Shown in pieces: positions 48,711 to 58,088 of a stretch of DNA of 64,000 nucleotides (position 1 is its first letter; every line of letters starts with the position of its first letter). Where the stretch lies: contig JACQWX010000005.1 in NCBI GenBank assembly GCA_016209035.1, forward strand, positions 6,688 through 70,687, in the 5' to 3' direction. Origin of the DNA: Elusimicrobiota bacterium (lineage in GTDB: Bacteria; Elusimicrobiota; Elusimicrobia; UBA1565; UBA9628). The notes beneath the pieces are model-generated. The model did no database searches, was not told the origin of the DNA, and saw only the letters and a list, made by a program, of their open reading frames with translations. Both the position numbers and the translations under genes were made by a program.

Positions 48711-49355
48711 TTAGGGAGCCTTCAGCATCGCGGCGATCTTGACGCGGCCCCGGGACACGGCGTAGTCGTAGGCCGTCTCGCCGGAGCCGTTCTTGATGCG
48801 CGGGTCGGCCCCGGCTTCCAGCAGGACCTTCACCGTCTCGATGCTGCGGGTCGCGGCCGCGAACATGAGCGGGCTGGCTCCGTCCGTCCGCTGGGCGTTC
48901 ACGTCCGCCCCGGCATCGAGGAGCAATCTCAGCAGGGCGGGATCGCCCCTCAGCGCGGCCCGGTGCAAGGCCGTGGTGGAGAACTCGCTGGCATGACGGA
49001 CTCTGGCGCCGCGGGCCAAGAGCAGCTCGGCGTTGTCGCGGCGGCCCTGCTGCGCGGCCAGTTCGAGGGCCGAGACGCCGCGGTCGTTGACGGCGTTGGG
49101 GTCGGCCCCGCGGTCGAGCAGGAGCCGGACCGTCTCGGTCCGGGCCGCGCCGGCCGCCATGAGCAAGGGCCTCACGCCGCCCTGCTGCTGGTCGACTTCC
49201 ATGCCCTGGTCGAGGAGTCCGGCGATGCGCCGCTCGTCGTTCTCAGCGATGGCGCAGATGAGCGGGGTCTTCTCCGTGGGGCATCGTCCGGAGAGCGACG
49301 CGCATCCTGAGGCCGCCAGCAGGGCCAAGGGCCACAGCCGGGGCCTGCGCATCAT
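48711..49355 (-). CDS. Ankyrin-repeat lipoprotein
   Basis: ASGC lipobox; repeated TPL/TAL..LLLD.GAD.NA. Confidence 0.85.
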   Translation of the reverse strand: MMRRPRLWPLALLAASGCASLSGRCPTEKTPLICAIAENDERRIAGLLDQGMEVDQQQGGVRPLLMAAGAARTETVRLLLDRGADPNAVNDRGVSALELAAQQGRRDNAELLLARGARVRHASEFSTTALHRAALRGDPALLRLLLDAGADVNAQRTDGASPLMFAAATRSIETVKVLLEAGADPRIKNGSGETAYDYAVSRGRVKIAAMLKAP

Positions 49356-51343
49356 AGCTCCGCGATCTCCTTCTTCAGGCCGCTCGAGAGGATGGGGAAG
49401 CGGCACCAGCTCCTGGGGTCCACGTTCTGGTCGTCGAGGTGGAAGGAGGGGGCGTAGCGCTCCCGCTTCCATTGGTTCTGGCACCAAAGGCTGAAGAAGC
49501 GGCCCACCCACGCCTTGAGGTCGGCCTCGCAGTGTTGAGGGAACCTGGCCTTGACCTCCCGCAGGGCATCGGCCGGGGAGCGCTTCTCAAGGATGAAGGC
49601 GCGCTCGACCGCGTCGAGCACCTCGTAGGGCATGAGGTCATCCTCCGCCGCCTGGGATGCCGACGGCGGGCGGAGCTCCGGCGTGGGCCTCTGGCAGGTC
49701 ACGGCCGCGAGCTCCGGGACGGGCCCGAGGCCTTCTGGGCCCTTCTTCTCCAGCCAAGCAAGCCACGACAGCAGGAAGGTCTTGTCCACGCCCGCGACGG
49801 GCGAAAGCCCTCCGCAGGTGTCGCCGTCCATGGTGGCGTAGCCGACCGCGGCCTCGGAGCGGTCGGAGGTCGCCAGGAGCAGGCTCTTGCGCAGGTTGGC
49901 GAGGAGCCAGACGCCCGGCGCCCTCGAGCGGGCCTGGATGTTCTGGAGGGCGACGTCGTCCTCGCGCCAGGTCAGCGGCCGCCCGAGCGCCTTGGAGACC
50001 AGGTCGACGTAGGCGGCATTGACGGGCCCGACATCCCATTCGATGAGATCGGCGCCGATCCCGCGCGCCACGGCCCGGGCCGCCTCCCGGCTGGCCTGGG
50101 AGCTGTTCTCGGTCCCCTGATAGACGCAGGTGAGCAGCCTCTTGGTCAGAGTCCGTCCCTCCGCGGCCGCGCCCAGCCCACGGACGTGCCGGAGCTTCTC
50201 CGCGAGCCCCTTGGGACCGAGGTCCGAGAGAGCCAGCCTCAACGAGAACGCCGCCAGGCAGGTCGTGGCCGAGGAATCGGCTCCCCCGCTCAAGGAGACG
50301 ACGAACCCGTGGGACCTGGACCGGCGCAGGTAGTCGAAGAGCCCCAGGGCCACGGCCCTGGTGAACTCCTCCTCCTTCAAGGCCGGCCCGGACTCCCACG
50401 CGGCCGCGGCCGCGGGGTCGGCCGCCGGGGCGGTCCGGATCTCGGGGAAGGAGAAGGGGCGGCTCACGACCTGACCCTCCGAGGAAGCCGAGCCTGGAGC
50501 GCAGCTCCAGGGGGCGAAACTCGCGGAGCGCGCCCTGCCCATGCGGTTCTGCGTGAGGTCGACGTCGGCCCAGGTCAAGGAGCAGTCGGCGAAGCCGAAC
50601 CTGCGGCCCGACGCCAGGATGCGGCCCTCTGAGGCGACCAGGCAGCTCCCGTCGTAGATGACGCGGCCGGCCTCGTTGCCCAGGAGGTTGGCGTAGCAGT
50701 AGGCCGCGCCGAAGGCCCGCGAGCCTTCGATGACGAACCGGCGGCGCGTCTCCATCTTGCCGAAGGCGAAGTGGCTGGCGCTGGGGTTGAGGATGATGTC
50801 CACGCCCTTGGCCGCGAGCGCCGCGCCGGGGCGGTTGGGGACCCAGGCCTCCTCGCAAATCTCGAACCCGATGCCCGCCTCGCCGCACCGGAACATGAGG
50901 TCGCCGAAGGGGACCTTTGAGCCCGCCCGCCGGAGATGGTCGACGGCGCCGGGGGCCCAGGCCTTGAACCACCGGGGCTCGTAGTGGATGCCGTCCCCGG
51001 CCAAGTACTTCTTCGCGGCTACGCCCAGGAGTTCGCCGCCGCAGAGGAGGGCGGCGGCGTCGAAAAGCGCGCTCCCGTGGAACACCGGCAGGCCCAGGCC
51101 CACGATGATGCCCTTGGTGCGGGGGAGGAGCTTCTCGAGCTGGGCCCAGGCGGTCTCGTGCACGAACTCGGCGTGGAAGGCGTCCTCGCACCCGTAGCCC
51201 GTGATGCAGGCCTCGGGCAGGCAGAGGACCGAGACGCGCGCTCGGCGAGCGGCCTCGATGGACGACTCGATCCTGGCCAGGTTGCCCTCCCAATCGAGGG
51301 GCGTCTGGTTGAGCGCGGCCGCGCCGACCCTGATGGTTTTCAC
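49352..51343 (-). CDS. nadE: Glutamine-dependent NAD+ synthetase
   Basis: Nitrilase-like N-term (LPE, EICE), SGGADS, QNIQARSR, PTPELRP, QNQWKR. Confidence 0.92.
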   Translation of the reverse strand: MKTIRVGAAALNQTPLDWEGNLARIESSIEAARRARVSVLCLPEACITGYGCEDAFHAEFVHETAWAQLEKLLPRTKGIIVGLGLPVFHGSALFDAAALLCGGELLGVAAKKYLAGDGIHYEPRWFKAWAPGAVDHLRRAGSKVPFGDLMFRCGEAGIGFEICEEAWVPNRPGAALAAKGVDIILNPSASHFAFGKMETRRRFVIEGSRAFGAAYCYANLLGNEAGRVIYDGSCLVASEGRILASGRRFGFADCSLTWADVDLTQNRMGRARSASFAPWSCAPGSASSEGQVVSRPFSFPEIRTAPAADPAAAAAWESGPALKEEEFTRAVALGLFDYLRRSRSHGFVVSLSGGADSSATTCLAAFSLRLALSDLGPKGLAEKLRHVRGLGAAAEGRTLTKRLLTCVYQGTENSSQASREAARAVARGIGADLIEWDVGPVNAAYVDLVSKALGRPLTWREDDVALQNIQARSRAPGVWLLANLRKSLLLATSDRSEAAVGYATMDGDTCGGLSPVAGVDKTFLLSWLAWLEKKGPEGLGPVPELAAVTCQRPTPELRPPSASQAAEDDLMPYEVLDAVERAFILEKRSPADALREVKARFPQHCEADLKAWVGRFFSLWCQNQWKRERYAPSFHLDDQNVDPRSWCRFPILSSGLKKEIAEL

Positions 51344-52377
51344 TTTCCTCCTTCCTCGGCCATCTCGAACATCCGCTCGATCGCTTTGCGCGCCCGGTCC
51401 TGAACGCCGGGGTCCACCTCGACGGCGTCGGCGGCCGAGGGCTTCTCGAGCACGGCCAAGACCCGCTCGAGCGTCACGGCCTTCATGTAGGGGCACAGCC
51501 GGCACATGGGCAGGAAGCGCTTGCCCGGGAACCGCGTGCGGGCGAGCTCGCCCAAGCCGCACTCGGTAACCAGCATGTAGAAGGGCGCGTCGGTGGACTC
51601 GACGAAGCGCATCATGTCGCCCGTGCCGCCCACGAAGTCCACGACCGAGACCAGGCCAGGGCTGCACTCGGAGTGCGCCAGGATCATGACCCCGGGGTAC
51701 ATCCTGCGGTAGAGCCCGACGGAGGCGGAGTCGAAGTTGTCGTGCACGATGCAGGTGCCCTTCCAGAGGATGATGTCCTTGCCCGGGGTCTTGCCGAGCT
51801 GCATGGCCAGGTTCTGGCCCATGAGCTTGTCCGGCAGGAAGACGACCTTGCGGTGGTCCCTGTAGAGCTTGCGCAGGATGCGGCCGGCGTTGGCCGAGGT
51901 CACGATCACGTCGGACTCGGCCTTGGCCTCGGCCGTGGTGTTGATGTAGGTCGCGACCGGGGCGCCGGGGTGGCGGGCCTTGACGCGACGGATGTCGGCG
52001 GCCGTGATGCTCTCGGAGAGGGAGCACCCGGCCTCGGGAGCGGGCAGGAGCACGGTCTTGTCGGGGCTCAGTATCTTGGCCGTCTCGGCCATGAAGCTGA
52101 CCCCGCAGAACACGATGGCCGCGGCCTTGGTCTCGGAGCACAGCTTGGAGAGCTTGTAGGAGTCGCCCACGAAGTCGGCGATCCCGTGGATGACCTCCGG
52201 CCTCTGGTAGACGTGGACCGGGATGACGGCGTTCTTCTGAGCCTTGAGCTCCTTGATCCGGACGATGAGGCGGGCGGCGCGCTCGAGCTCGGCGTCCGCG
52301 TAGCCTAGGTCCGAGAGCCCCTTGGACGAGAGCCGGGCGGCTTCGGCCTCGACGGCGGCGCGCGCCGGCTCAGACAT
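51340..52377 (-). CDS. nadA: Quinolinate synthase
   Basis: HVYQ, GDSY, FCGVSFMAE, AGCSL, YINT, CIVH, HSEC, CPYMK. Confidence 0.93.
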   Translation of the reverse strand: MSEPARAAVEAEAARLSSKGLSDLGYADAELERAARLIVRIKELKAQKNAVIPVHVYQRPEVIHGIADFVGDSYKLSKLCSETKAAAIVFCGVSFMAETAKILSPDKTVLLPAPEAGCSLSESITAADIRRVKARHPGAPVATYINTTAEAKAESDVIVTSANAGRILRKLYRDHRKVVFLPDKLMGQNLAMQLGKTPGKDIILWKGTCIVHDNFDSASVGLYRRMYPGVMILAHSECSPGLVSVVDFVGGTGDMMRFVESTDAPFYMLVTECGLGELARTRFPGKRFLPMCRLCPYMKAVTLERVLAVLEKPSAADAVEVDPGVQDRARKAIERMFEMAEEGGK

Positions 52378-53434
52378 AGACCCTCGGCAGGTGGCTGCTG
52401 GCGGCGGTCCGGCGCACGGGCAGGAGCGCCTCGTCGCCGACCCGCGCCCCAGGGGTCGCGCTCACGTCGAGCAGGGTGTGGGAGATGGCGGTGTGGCCGA
52501 TGAAAGGCGCTTTCCTGCCCCTGAGCATCGCCCAATACTGGTAGCCCGCGCCCAGGCTGATGTCCCTCTTCTCCGGCACCATGGTCAGTCCGTCCGAGTA
52601 GCCGACCGGGACCGTGGCCACGAGCATCCTGCGGGGGGCGACGTACTCGCTGGCGTAACCGATGGAGCTTCCTTTGGCGACCCGGCGCAGGGCGATCACG
52701 CGGGCGTGGAAGCGCCAGGGGTCCTTCAAGGGGGCCTTCTTCCAGACCGAAGGGTTGATTCCGTACATCAGGTTGCCTATCCGCGCCATGTCGAACTGCC
52801 AATGGGGGAAGTCCATGAGCACCGAGCTGTTGGCGGCGTGGCAGACGAGGCCTGGGAACCGGCGCTTCAAGGCCCGGCCGATGCGGCCGAAAGCCGCCAG
52901 CTTCTCCTCGGCCTCGACGGCGTTCTTCCCCGCGACGTAGTCGATGTGGGCGGAGAGGCCCGCCAGTCGGACCTTCCTCATGCTGGACAAGGCCGACACG
53001 AAGCCCCGCAGGCTCCCGGGCGGGATGCCCCACCGGCCCAGCCCGAAGTCGAGGTCCAGGTGGACGGGGAAGCCCGCGCCCTTCCTGGCGGCGCCCGCGG
53101 CCGCGTCGAAGGCCCGGGCAACCGCCAGGGTGTCGCTGGTGGGGGCGAGCCTCCAACGGACCGCCTCGGCCGCAGCCTCCGGGAGCATGGGAGAGAGCAG
53201 GTGCACCGGGAGCTTCAAGCCGGCCTGCCGCAGGGCCCTTCCTTCCTCCACGGTGAGGACCCCGAGGCGGTGCGCCCCGCAGTCCGCGGCGGCCTTGGCC
53301 ACCTGCGCGGCCCCGTGGCCGTAGCCGTCCGCCTTGACCACGGCCATGAGCCGGACGCCGGTCCCGAGCCTGGAGAGCGTCCAACGGATGTTGGCCCGGA
53401 CCGCGTCCAAGTCGATCTCGATCCACTTCAGCAT
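52370..53434 (-). CDS. alr: Alanine racemase (divergent C-terminal motif)
   Basis: VVKADGYGHG PLP-Lys, HAANS, RIGNLMYG, IGY, PVGYSDG. Confidence 0.85.
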   Translation of the reverse strand: MLKWIEIDLDAVRANIRWTLSRLGTGVRLMAVVKADGYGHGAAQVAKAAADCGAHRLGVLTVEEGRALRQAGLKLPVHLLSPMLPEAAAEAVRWRLAPTSDTLAVARAFDAAAGAARKGAGFPVHLDLDFGLGRWGIPPGSLRGFVSALSSMRKVRLAGLSAHIDYVAGKNAVEAEEKLAAFGRIGRALKRRFPGLVCHAANSSVLMDFPHWQFDMARIGNLMYGINPSVWKKAPLKDPWRFHARVIALRRVAKGSSIGYASEYVAPRRMLVATVPVGYSDGLTMVPEKRDISLGAGYQYWAMLRGRKAPFIGHTAISHTLLDVSATPGARVGDEALLPVRRTAASSHLPRVYV

Positions 53435-53553
53435 GTGCCTGCCCTCGCGCTGAAGATGGTACCATTCTTTCTGCAATTCGGCGCGGCGCGTCCGGACGCA
53501 CTAGTACCCCCGGCGATGAATTCGCAGCGAGACGGGACCGGGCCAGCGGGAGC

Positions 53554-54231
53554 CTACCAGCCCCGGAGCTGGCTGAAGAGGCCGTCCCCGCGCACGAGGA
53601 AGACCGACGCGCCGGCGTGCTCCCGGCCCTGGCCCCTGACGCGCCATCTCGCGGCCAGCACGATGGCCGCGACCGGGTCACGCGCCGTGCCCACGTTGTT
53701 GACGGCGAGGACCTCGGCCTCCATGGACGCCTTGTAGCCGGCCTTGGCCTCGATGCGGATCGGCAGGACCGAGACGCCGGTCAGGAACCTGCCCTTGCCC
53801 GCGTAGCGTCCTCCCGTGATCCGGGTGACCTGGTAGGTCACGCGGACCGCGGGCCGGCCGAGGAGGTCCTTGGTCTCGAACTCGAACCGGTCGCCTTCGG
53901 CCGGGGACCATTGGCACAGCCGCCTCCCATCCCCCAGGCCCTCGGGGATGGCGGAGGCGAAGCGCTTCCCGCAGTCCGGGAGCGCGGCATTGTCGTCGAT
54001 GACCTTCCACTTGGTCCGGCCGGCATTGACGAGGGACGCGAGGTCGATCTCCCCGTCGAAGGCGCGGCGCATGATGCAGCTCTCGGAGAGCCCCATGAGG
54101 AGGCCCCGCACGCCCGGGCCCGTGGCGTCGAAATCGACCCCCGGAAGGTCCCCGAGGCCGCCTGCCGCCGGCGCCAGCGCCGACGACGCGGTCCATGCCG
54201 CCGTGAACAAGACGCCCGTGATCCCTCTCAT
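53554..54231 (-). CDS. Secreted hypothetical protein
   Basis: Signal peptide; GGAG RBS; own promoter. Confidence 0.6.
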   Translation of the reverse strand: MRGITGVLFTAAWTASSALAPAAGGLGDLPGVDFDATGPGVRGLLMGLSESCIMRRAFDGEIDLASLVNAGRTKWKVIDDNAALPDCGKRFASAIPEGLGDGRRLCQWSPAEGDRFEFETKDLLGRPAVRVTYQVTRITGGRYAGKGRFLTGVSVLPIRIEAKAGYKASMEAEVLAVNNVGTARDPVAAIVLAARWRVRGQGREHAGASVFLVRGDGLFSQLRGW

Positions 54232-54311
54232 GCTCTCCCCTCCCCGGTCGCCGGGGGATCGAGCCGGCGCCGCCTGGTGAGAGCGGCGCCGGCGACCCCT
54301 CGCGCGAAGAC

Positions 54312-54376
54312 TTGACAGCGCATCACACTGTCAAAACTACGTACTACATGGTAGCATGGCGAAGAATCCCTGTCAA
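54312..54376. promoter_or_regulatory. Minus-strand promoter and candidate TetR operator
   Basis: TTGACA(54376-54371)-17nt-TACCAT; inverted repeat TTGACAG-N9-CTGTCAA (54312-54334). Confidence 0.6.
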
Positions 54377-54423
54377 GGGCCCTAGGGCCCAGAGGCCCGG
54401 AAAATAGGTAGAATGCCCTCGCC

Positions 54424-55092
54424 ATGGCCAGGGCGGTGCTCCCCAAGGGCGAGAGGACGCGCCAACGCATCATCCAGACGGCGCTGCGGCTCGTCTCCAA
54501 GCACGGCTTCAGCGAGACCAGCTTCCAGATGATCGCGGACCGCCTGGCCCTGAGCCAGTCCGCGGTCCTGTATCACTTCGGGAGCAAGAACGCGCTCTTC
54601 GAGGAGATCATCAAGGCCATCGTCCAGCACAATCACGAGACGGTGAGCGCCCTCATCCAGATGACGGACGACGCCGGACAGAGGCTCGTCAAGCATTGCC
54701 TGGGCAACGTCCTCTGGGCCCTCCGCTACAGGGCCGACGGCCCGGTCCTCATCCTCCTCTACTCCCTGTCCTGCTTCGACGGGAAGTTCACGGCCCTCTT
54801 CACCCAGATGATGCAGCGCGGTCGCGAGAGGCTCATGGTGCACTTGCTGGCGGGCCGGCGGGAGGGCCTGTTCCGGCTGAAGGTGGAGCCGGCCATGGCG
54901 GCCGAGATCCTGCAGGACGCGCTCTTCGGCGCCATGCTCTACGCGATCTCGGCGCCGGAAGGCAGCGTCGACCCCGGCCGGCTCGAGGGGAAGTGGCGGC
55001 GGGTGGTCGCGGCGCACACCGGCTGGGCCGACCCGCGGCCCGTCCCGGTCGTCCTTCCGCCGACGCCGGCCTCGGGCCGGGTCTCTGGGTGA
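54424..55092 (+). CDS. TetR/AcrR-family regulator
   Basis: TRQRIIQTA..GFSETSFQMIA..VLYHFGSKNALF. Confidence 0.92.
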   Translation: MARAVLPKGERTRQRIIQTALRLVSKHGFSETSFQMIADRLALSQSAVLYHFGSKNALFEEIIKAIVQHNHETVSALIQMTDDAGQRLVKHCLGNVLWALRYRADGPVLILLYSLSCFDGKFTALFTQMMQRGRERLMVHLLAGRREGLFRLKVEPAMAAEILQDALFGAMLYAISAPEGSVDPGRLEGKWRRVVAAHTGWADPRPVPVVLPPTPASGRVSG

Positions 55093-55186
55093 GACGAGAA
55101 GTGACAAGAGGGACGCCGGGCCGCTCAAATGAGGTAGCCATAGGGGCGGTGAAAATTGATATCCTACACCTATCAAGAGGGGACTC

Positions 55187-56026
55187 ATGGAAAACAGCGC
55201 GACCGACAATACGAACATGTCGTTGATGGCGATTTGGGATCGGTTGGATTCCCTTTGCAGGAGATTCTGGCAGGAGGACCGGGTGTCCGCGGTCGCCCTC
55301 CAGGCGGTGTTGGAGGAATTCCGCGGCGAGATCTCCAGGCTCGATCGGTTGGAGGAATCCTATGCCGAATTGCGCACCCAGCTCAAGAAGGAATATGACG
55401 CCGCGTACATGAAACGCTTCAAGGCCGTCGAGGAGGAGCTGGCTACCTGGCGGGAGCGCGCCGGGCCCTTGGAGGCGGCGCTCTCCGCCGAAAGGGAGCG
55501 CGTGGAGACGTTGGCGAAGGAGCTGGATGAGCAGCAAGAGGCCAACAGCGAATTCAAGGAGAAATTCTTGAAGCTGGAGTCGGAAAGAGACGCTACGCGC
55601 GCCAAGAAGATGCAGGAGTTCTATGAGGACCTCCAGCGTCGTTCGGAGCTGCTCGAGGTCAATTGGGAGGAGCGCCATCGGCACTTGGAGGCCGAATACG
55701 AGAAGAAGATCGGAGATCTGGAGAAGCTGCATGATGAGCGCGAGAAGACCCTGGAGGTCAAGAAGGAGGAGTTGTCGCATTCGTACGAGCAGCTGCTGAA
55801 GAACATCGACGCCAGGGAATCGCGGTCCATCAAGCTGGAGGAGTCCGTCCGCCAAAGGGAAGACGCCCTCAACCAGCGCACGCGGGACCTCGAAGGCGCC
55901 TATCAGGACAGGCGCCGCGAACTCGACACGCTGAAGGAGAAGCTCCAGAACGAACTCTCCGCCGTCGTGCGCGAGTATCACGGCAAGCTGGCCGCTCTGG
56001 AATCTCGGGCAGAACGGCCAAAGTAG
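55187..56026 (+). CDS. Coiled-coil protein
   Basis: E/K/R/L heptads throughout; GAGGGG RBS. Confidence 0.75.
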   Translation: MENSATDNTNMSLMAIWDRLDSLCRRFWQEDRVSAVALQAVLEEFRGEISRLDRLEESYAELRTQLKKEYDAAYMKRFKAVEEELATWRERAGPLEAALSAERERVETLAKELDEQQEANSEFKEKFLKLESERDATRAKKMQEFYEDLQRRSELLEVNWEERHRHLEAEYEKKIGDLEKLHDEREKTLEVKKEELSHSYEQLLKNIDARESRSIKLEESVRQREDALNQRTRDLEGAYQDRRRELDTLKEKLQNELSAVVREYHGKLAALESRAERPK

Positions 56027-56029
56027 GCG

Positions 56030-56944
56030 ATGGGAGACGACCCGGATTCGCCGGACCGGCTGGATGGCCTTCTGCAGGAGATGAAGCGGCGGATCCAGGC
56101 GGTCCAGCTGGATCCTCCCGGGACCGCCGCCAAGCGCCCATCCTCGCCGGGAGCCCTTTCCACGGACGCATCCTCCGAGGGGGGGCCCGCGGGCGGTAGG
56201 GCGCCGCCGGGGGCGCCACGGCGGCGCCGGCTTCTCGTCTGGGCGGGAAGCGCGCTCTTGGCGGCGTCCGCCTTCGGCGCCTGGCGGCTCGGCTGGCGGG
56301 GGCGGGAGCATCGTATCCCTTGCGCCCACCCCAGCGCTCTTGCCTGGCAAGGGGATTCCCTGTGGATATCCGATTGGCATGACCAGGCGGTTTATCGGAT
56401 GAGCAAGACCCTTCTCGGTCTGCGCATGCGCCGACGGTATTCCCTGAAGGGCTCCCACATCATGGGCATGGCCGTGGCCGAGGATGCCCTGTTCGCCGTC
56501 GACTCGTGGAGTCGGCAGATCCAGCGCCGGCGTTTGGACGATCAGCTCAGCCTTGAGCGGGCTTGGCCCAGCCCGGGCCCCAATCCTTCGGCCCTCTGTT
56601 TCGATGGGAAGTACTTGTGGTCCGTCGACAAGGACCGGCGGCTCCTCTATCAGCATGCCCTCGATGAGCGGCTGACGGTGCTCAACTCCTACCCCTTGGA
56701 ACACGCCCCGATCGGGATCTCTCTGAGAAAGGGATGCTTCTGGACCGTGGACGAGAGGGCCCGCACGTTCTATCTCCTCAGGGCGACCCAGCAGACGCAA
56801 GCCGGAGCCTTCGGCTTGGCGGAGCTCGACGGCGTGTCCGCCCCGCTCTCGTCTTTCTCTTGGCGCGGGGACAGTCTCTGGATCGGCTTCGATGGTCTGG
56901 CTCGACTCATCGAGCGTCCCAAGCGGCGCTTGGGCCGGCGATAG
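56030..56944 (+). CDS. Membrane-anchored beta-propeller-like protein
   Basis: One TM then repeats PSALAWQGDSLWISD / PSALCFDGKYLWSVD. Confidence 0.7.
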   Translation: MGDDPDSPDRLDGLLQEMKRRIQAVQLDPPGTAAKRPSSPGALSTDASSEGGPAGGRAPPGAPRRRRLLVWAGSALLAASAFGAWRLGWRGREHRIPCAHPSALAWQGDSLWISDWHDQAVYRMSKTLLGLRMRRRYSLKGSHIMGMAVAEDALFAVDSWSRQIQRRRLDDQLSLERAWPSPGPNPSALCFDGKYLWSVDKDRRLLYQHALDERLTVLNSYPLEHAPIGISLRKGCFWTVDERARTFYLLRATQQTQAGAFGLAELDGVSAPLSSFSWRGDSLWIGFDGLARLIERPKRRLGRR

Positions 56945-56978
56945 GGGCGGGGGTCCCGGGCGGCGCGGCCTGCGGTCC

Positions 56979-57007
56979 TTGACAACGTAACAGCCATGGG
57001 GTAGCCT
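56979..57007 (+). promoter_or_regulatory. Sigma70 promoter separated from its gene by MITE B
   Basis: TTGACA-17nt-TAGCCT. Confidence 0.55.
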
Positions 57008-57012
57008 AGTAA

Positions 57013-57276
57013 GGGCCTGTCAAACAATAACATGGTTAATTTGGAGGGCCGAGCTTGAGATGATTTCGAGGCGCGAGGAGGGAACATGGCGGGCCATGTG
57101 ACCGACGAGCAACGAAGAAATCGGCCAAGATCGGCCCTCCCCGAAGGGGCCGGGCGCTTTTGGGCTGCGCCTGCGTCGCTCGTCACTCGCATACGTTCAG
57201 TATTCTCGCTCCTCGCTCCTTGGCTCGCTCCAAAATCGCCTCGGCCAAATTGACCATGTTATTGTTTGACAGGCCC
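57013..57276. mobile_element. MITE-like element B (264 bp), internally homologous to element A in inverted orientation
   Basis: 32-bp TIR GGGCCTGTCAAACAATAACATGG(T/C)... with one mismatch; TAA on both sides. Confidence 0.85.
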
Positions 57277-57281
57277 TAAAC

Positions 57282-58082
57282 ATGGACCCGAGGCAGGTCG
57301 ACCCATCAGAGATCGAATCCATCAACAGCCTTGAGACCGCCAGGATCGCTTTGCGTTGGGCGTTGGAGCGCATCCGGCTCCTCGAACAAGGCGGGGCCCG
57401 CAAGGGGGGCGACTCCGTCGCCGCGGCCTACTACCGGCGGATGGATGCTCTGATCTCTGATTTCACCCATCGGAGGCTCGATGTGGGGAAGCTTCTTGAG
57501 AGAGAGGCGGAGGTCGAGGTCCTCGAGCAGCGGCTCCGCGCCCGCCGACTGGAGCTTGAACACGACGGGCTGGATAGGACCACGCGCCTGGAGGAGCAGT
57601 ATCAGCGCCTAAGGAGGGAGCTCGAGACCAGGCTGCGGAGGGAGACCGAGGCTCTCTGGAAGGATTTTTCGGCGGAGTATGATGCGTGGCGCGCGCGCGT
57701 GGCGGAGCAAGAGCGAACCTCCCGCGCGGCGGGCATGGCCCTGGAGGCCCAGAAGAAGGCCTGGATCGAAGAGGCCGTGAAGTTCGACCAGGCAGCGCAG
57801 ACGGAGCGCGGCCGCAGCATGGAGTCCTTGGCCCAGTTTCGCCATGCCACGGAGGACCTGCTGGCCCGACGCCTCGGTGACCTCGAGGCCGAGATGAAGC
57901 GGCGCGAGGAGGCGTGGAGGGCCGAGGAAGAGCGGTTGCGGTCCAGGGACCGGGAGTGGCATGACCGCCAGTCCCGGCTCGAGCACGACTATCTGAGCAA
58001 GTCCGCGGAGCTCGAGGATCTCAAGGCTGAGATGCTCCGGGCCATGCGGGGCAAAGGCAAGGAAGAGCACCCTCCGCCCTGA
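57282..58082 (+). CDS. Coiled-coil protein
   Basis: N-term IESINSLETARIALRWALERIR then heptads. Confidence 0.72.
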   Translation: MDPRQVDPSEIESINSLETARIALRWALERIRLLEQGGARKGGDSVAAAYYRRMDALISDFTHRRLDVGKLLEREAEVEVLEQRLRARRLELEHDGLDRTTRLEEQYQRLRRELETRLRRETEALWKDFSAEYDAWRARVAEQERTSRAAGMALEAQKKAWIEEAVKFDQAAQTERGRSMESLAQFRHATEDLLARRLGDLEAEMKRREEAWRAEEERLRSRDREWHDRQSRLEHDYLSKSAELEDLKAEMLRAMRGKGKEEHPPP

Positions 58083-58088
58083 CGCCCA

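Noticed and set aside
49352..52141. 929-aa NadE with N-terminal extension
   Set aside because: The extension is an alternate frame of nadA; the real start is GTG 51343.
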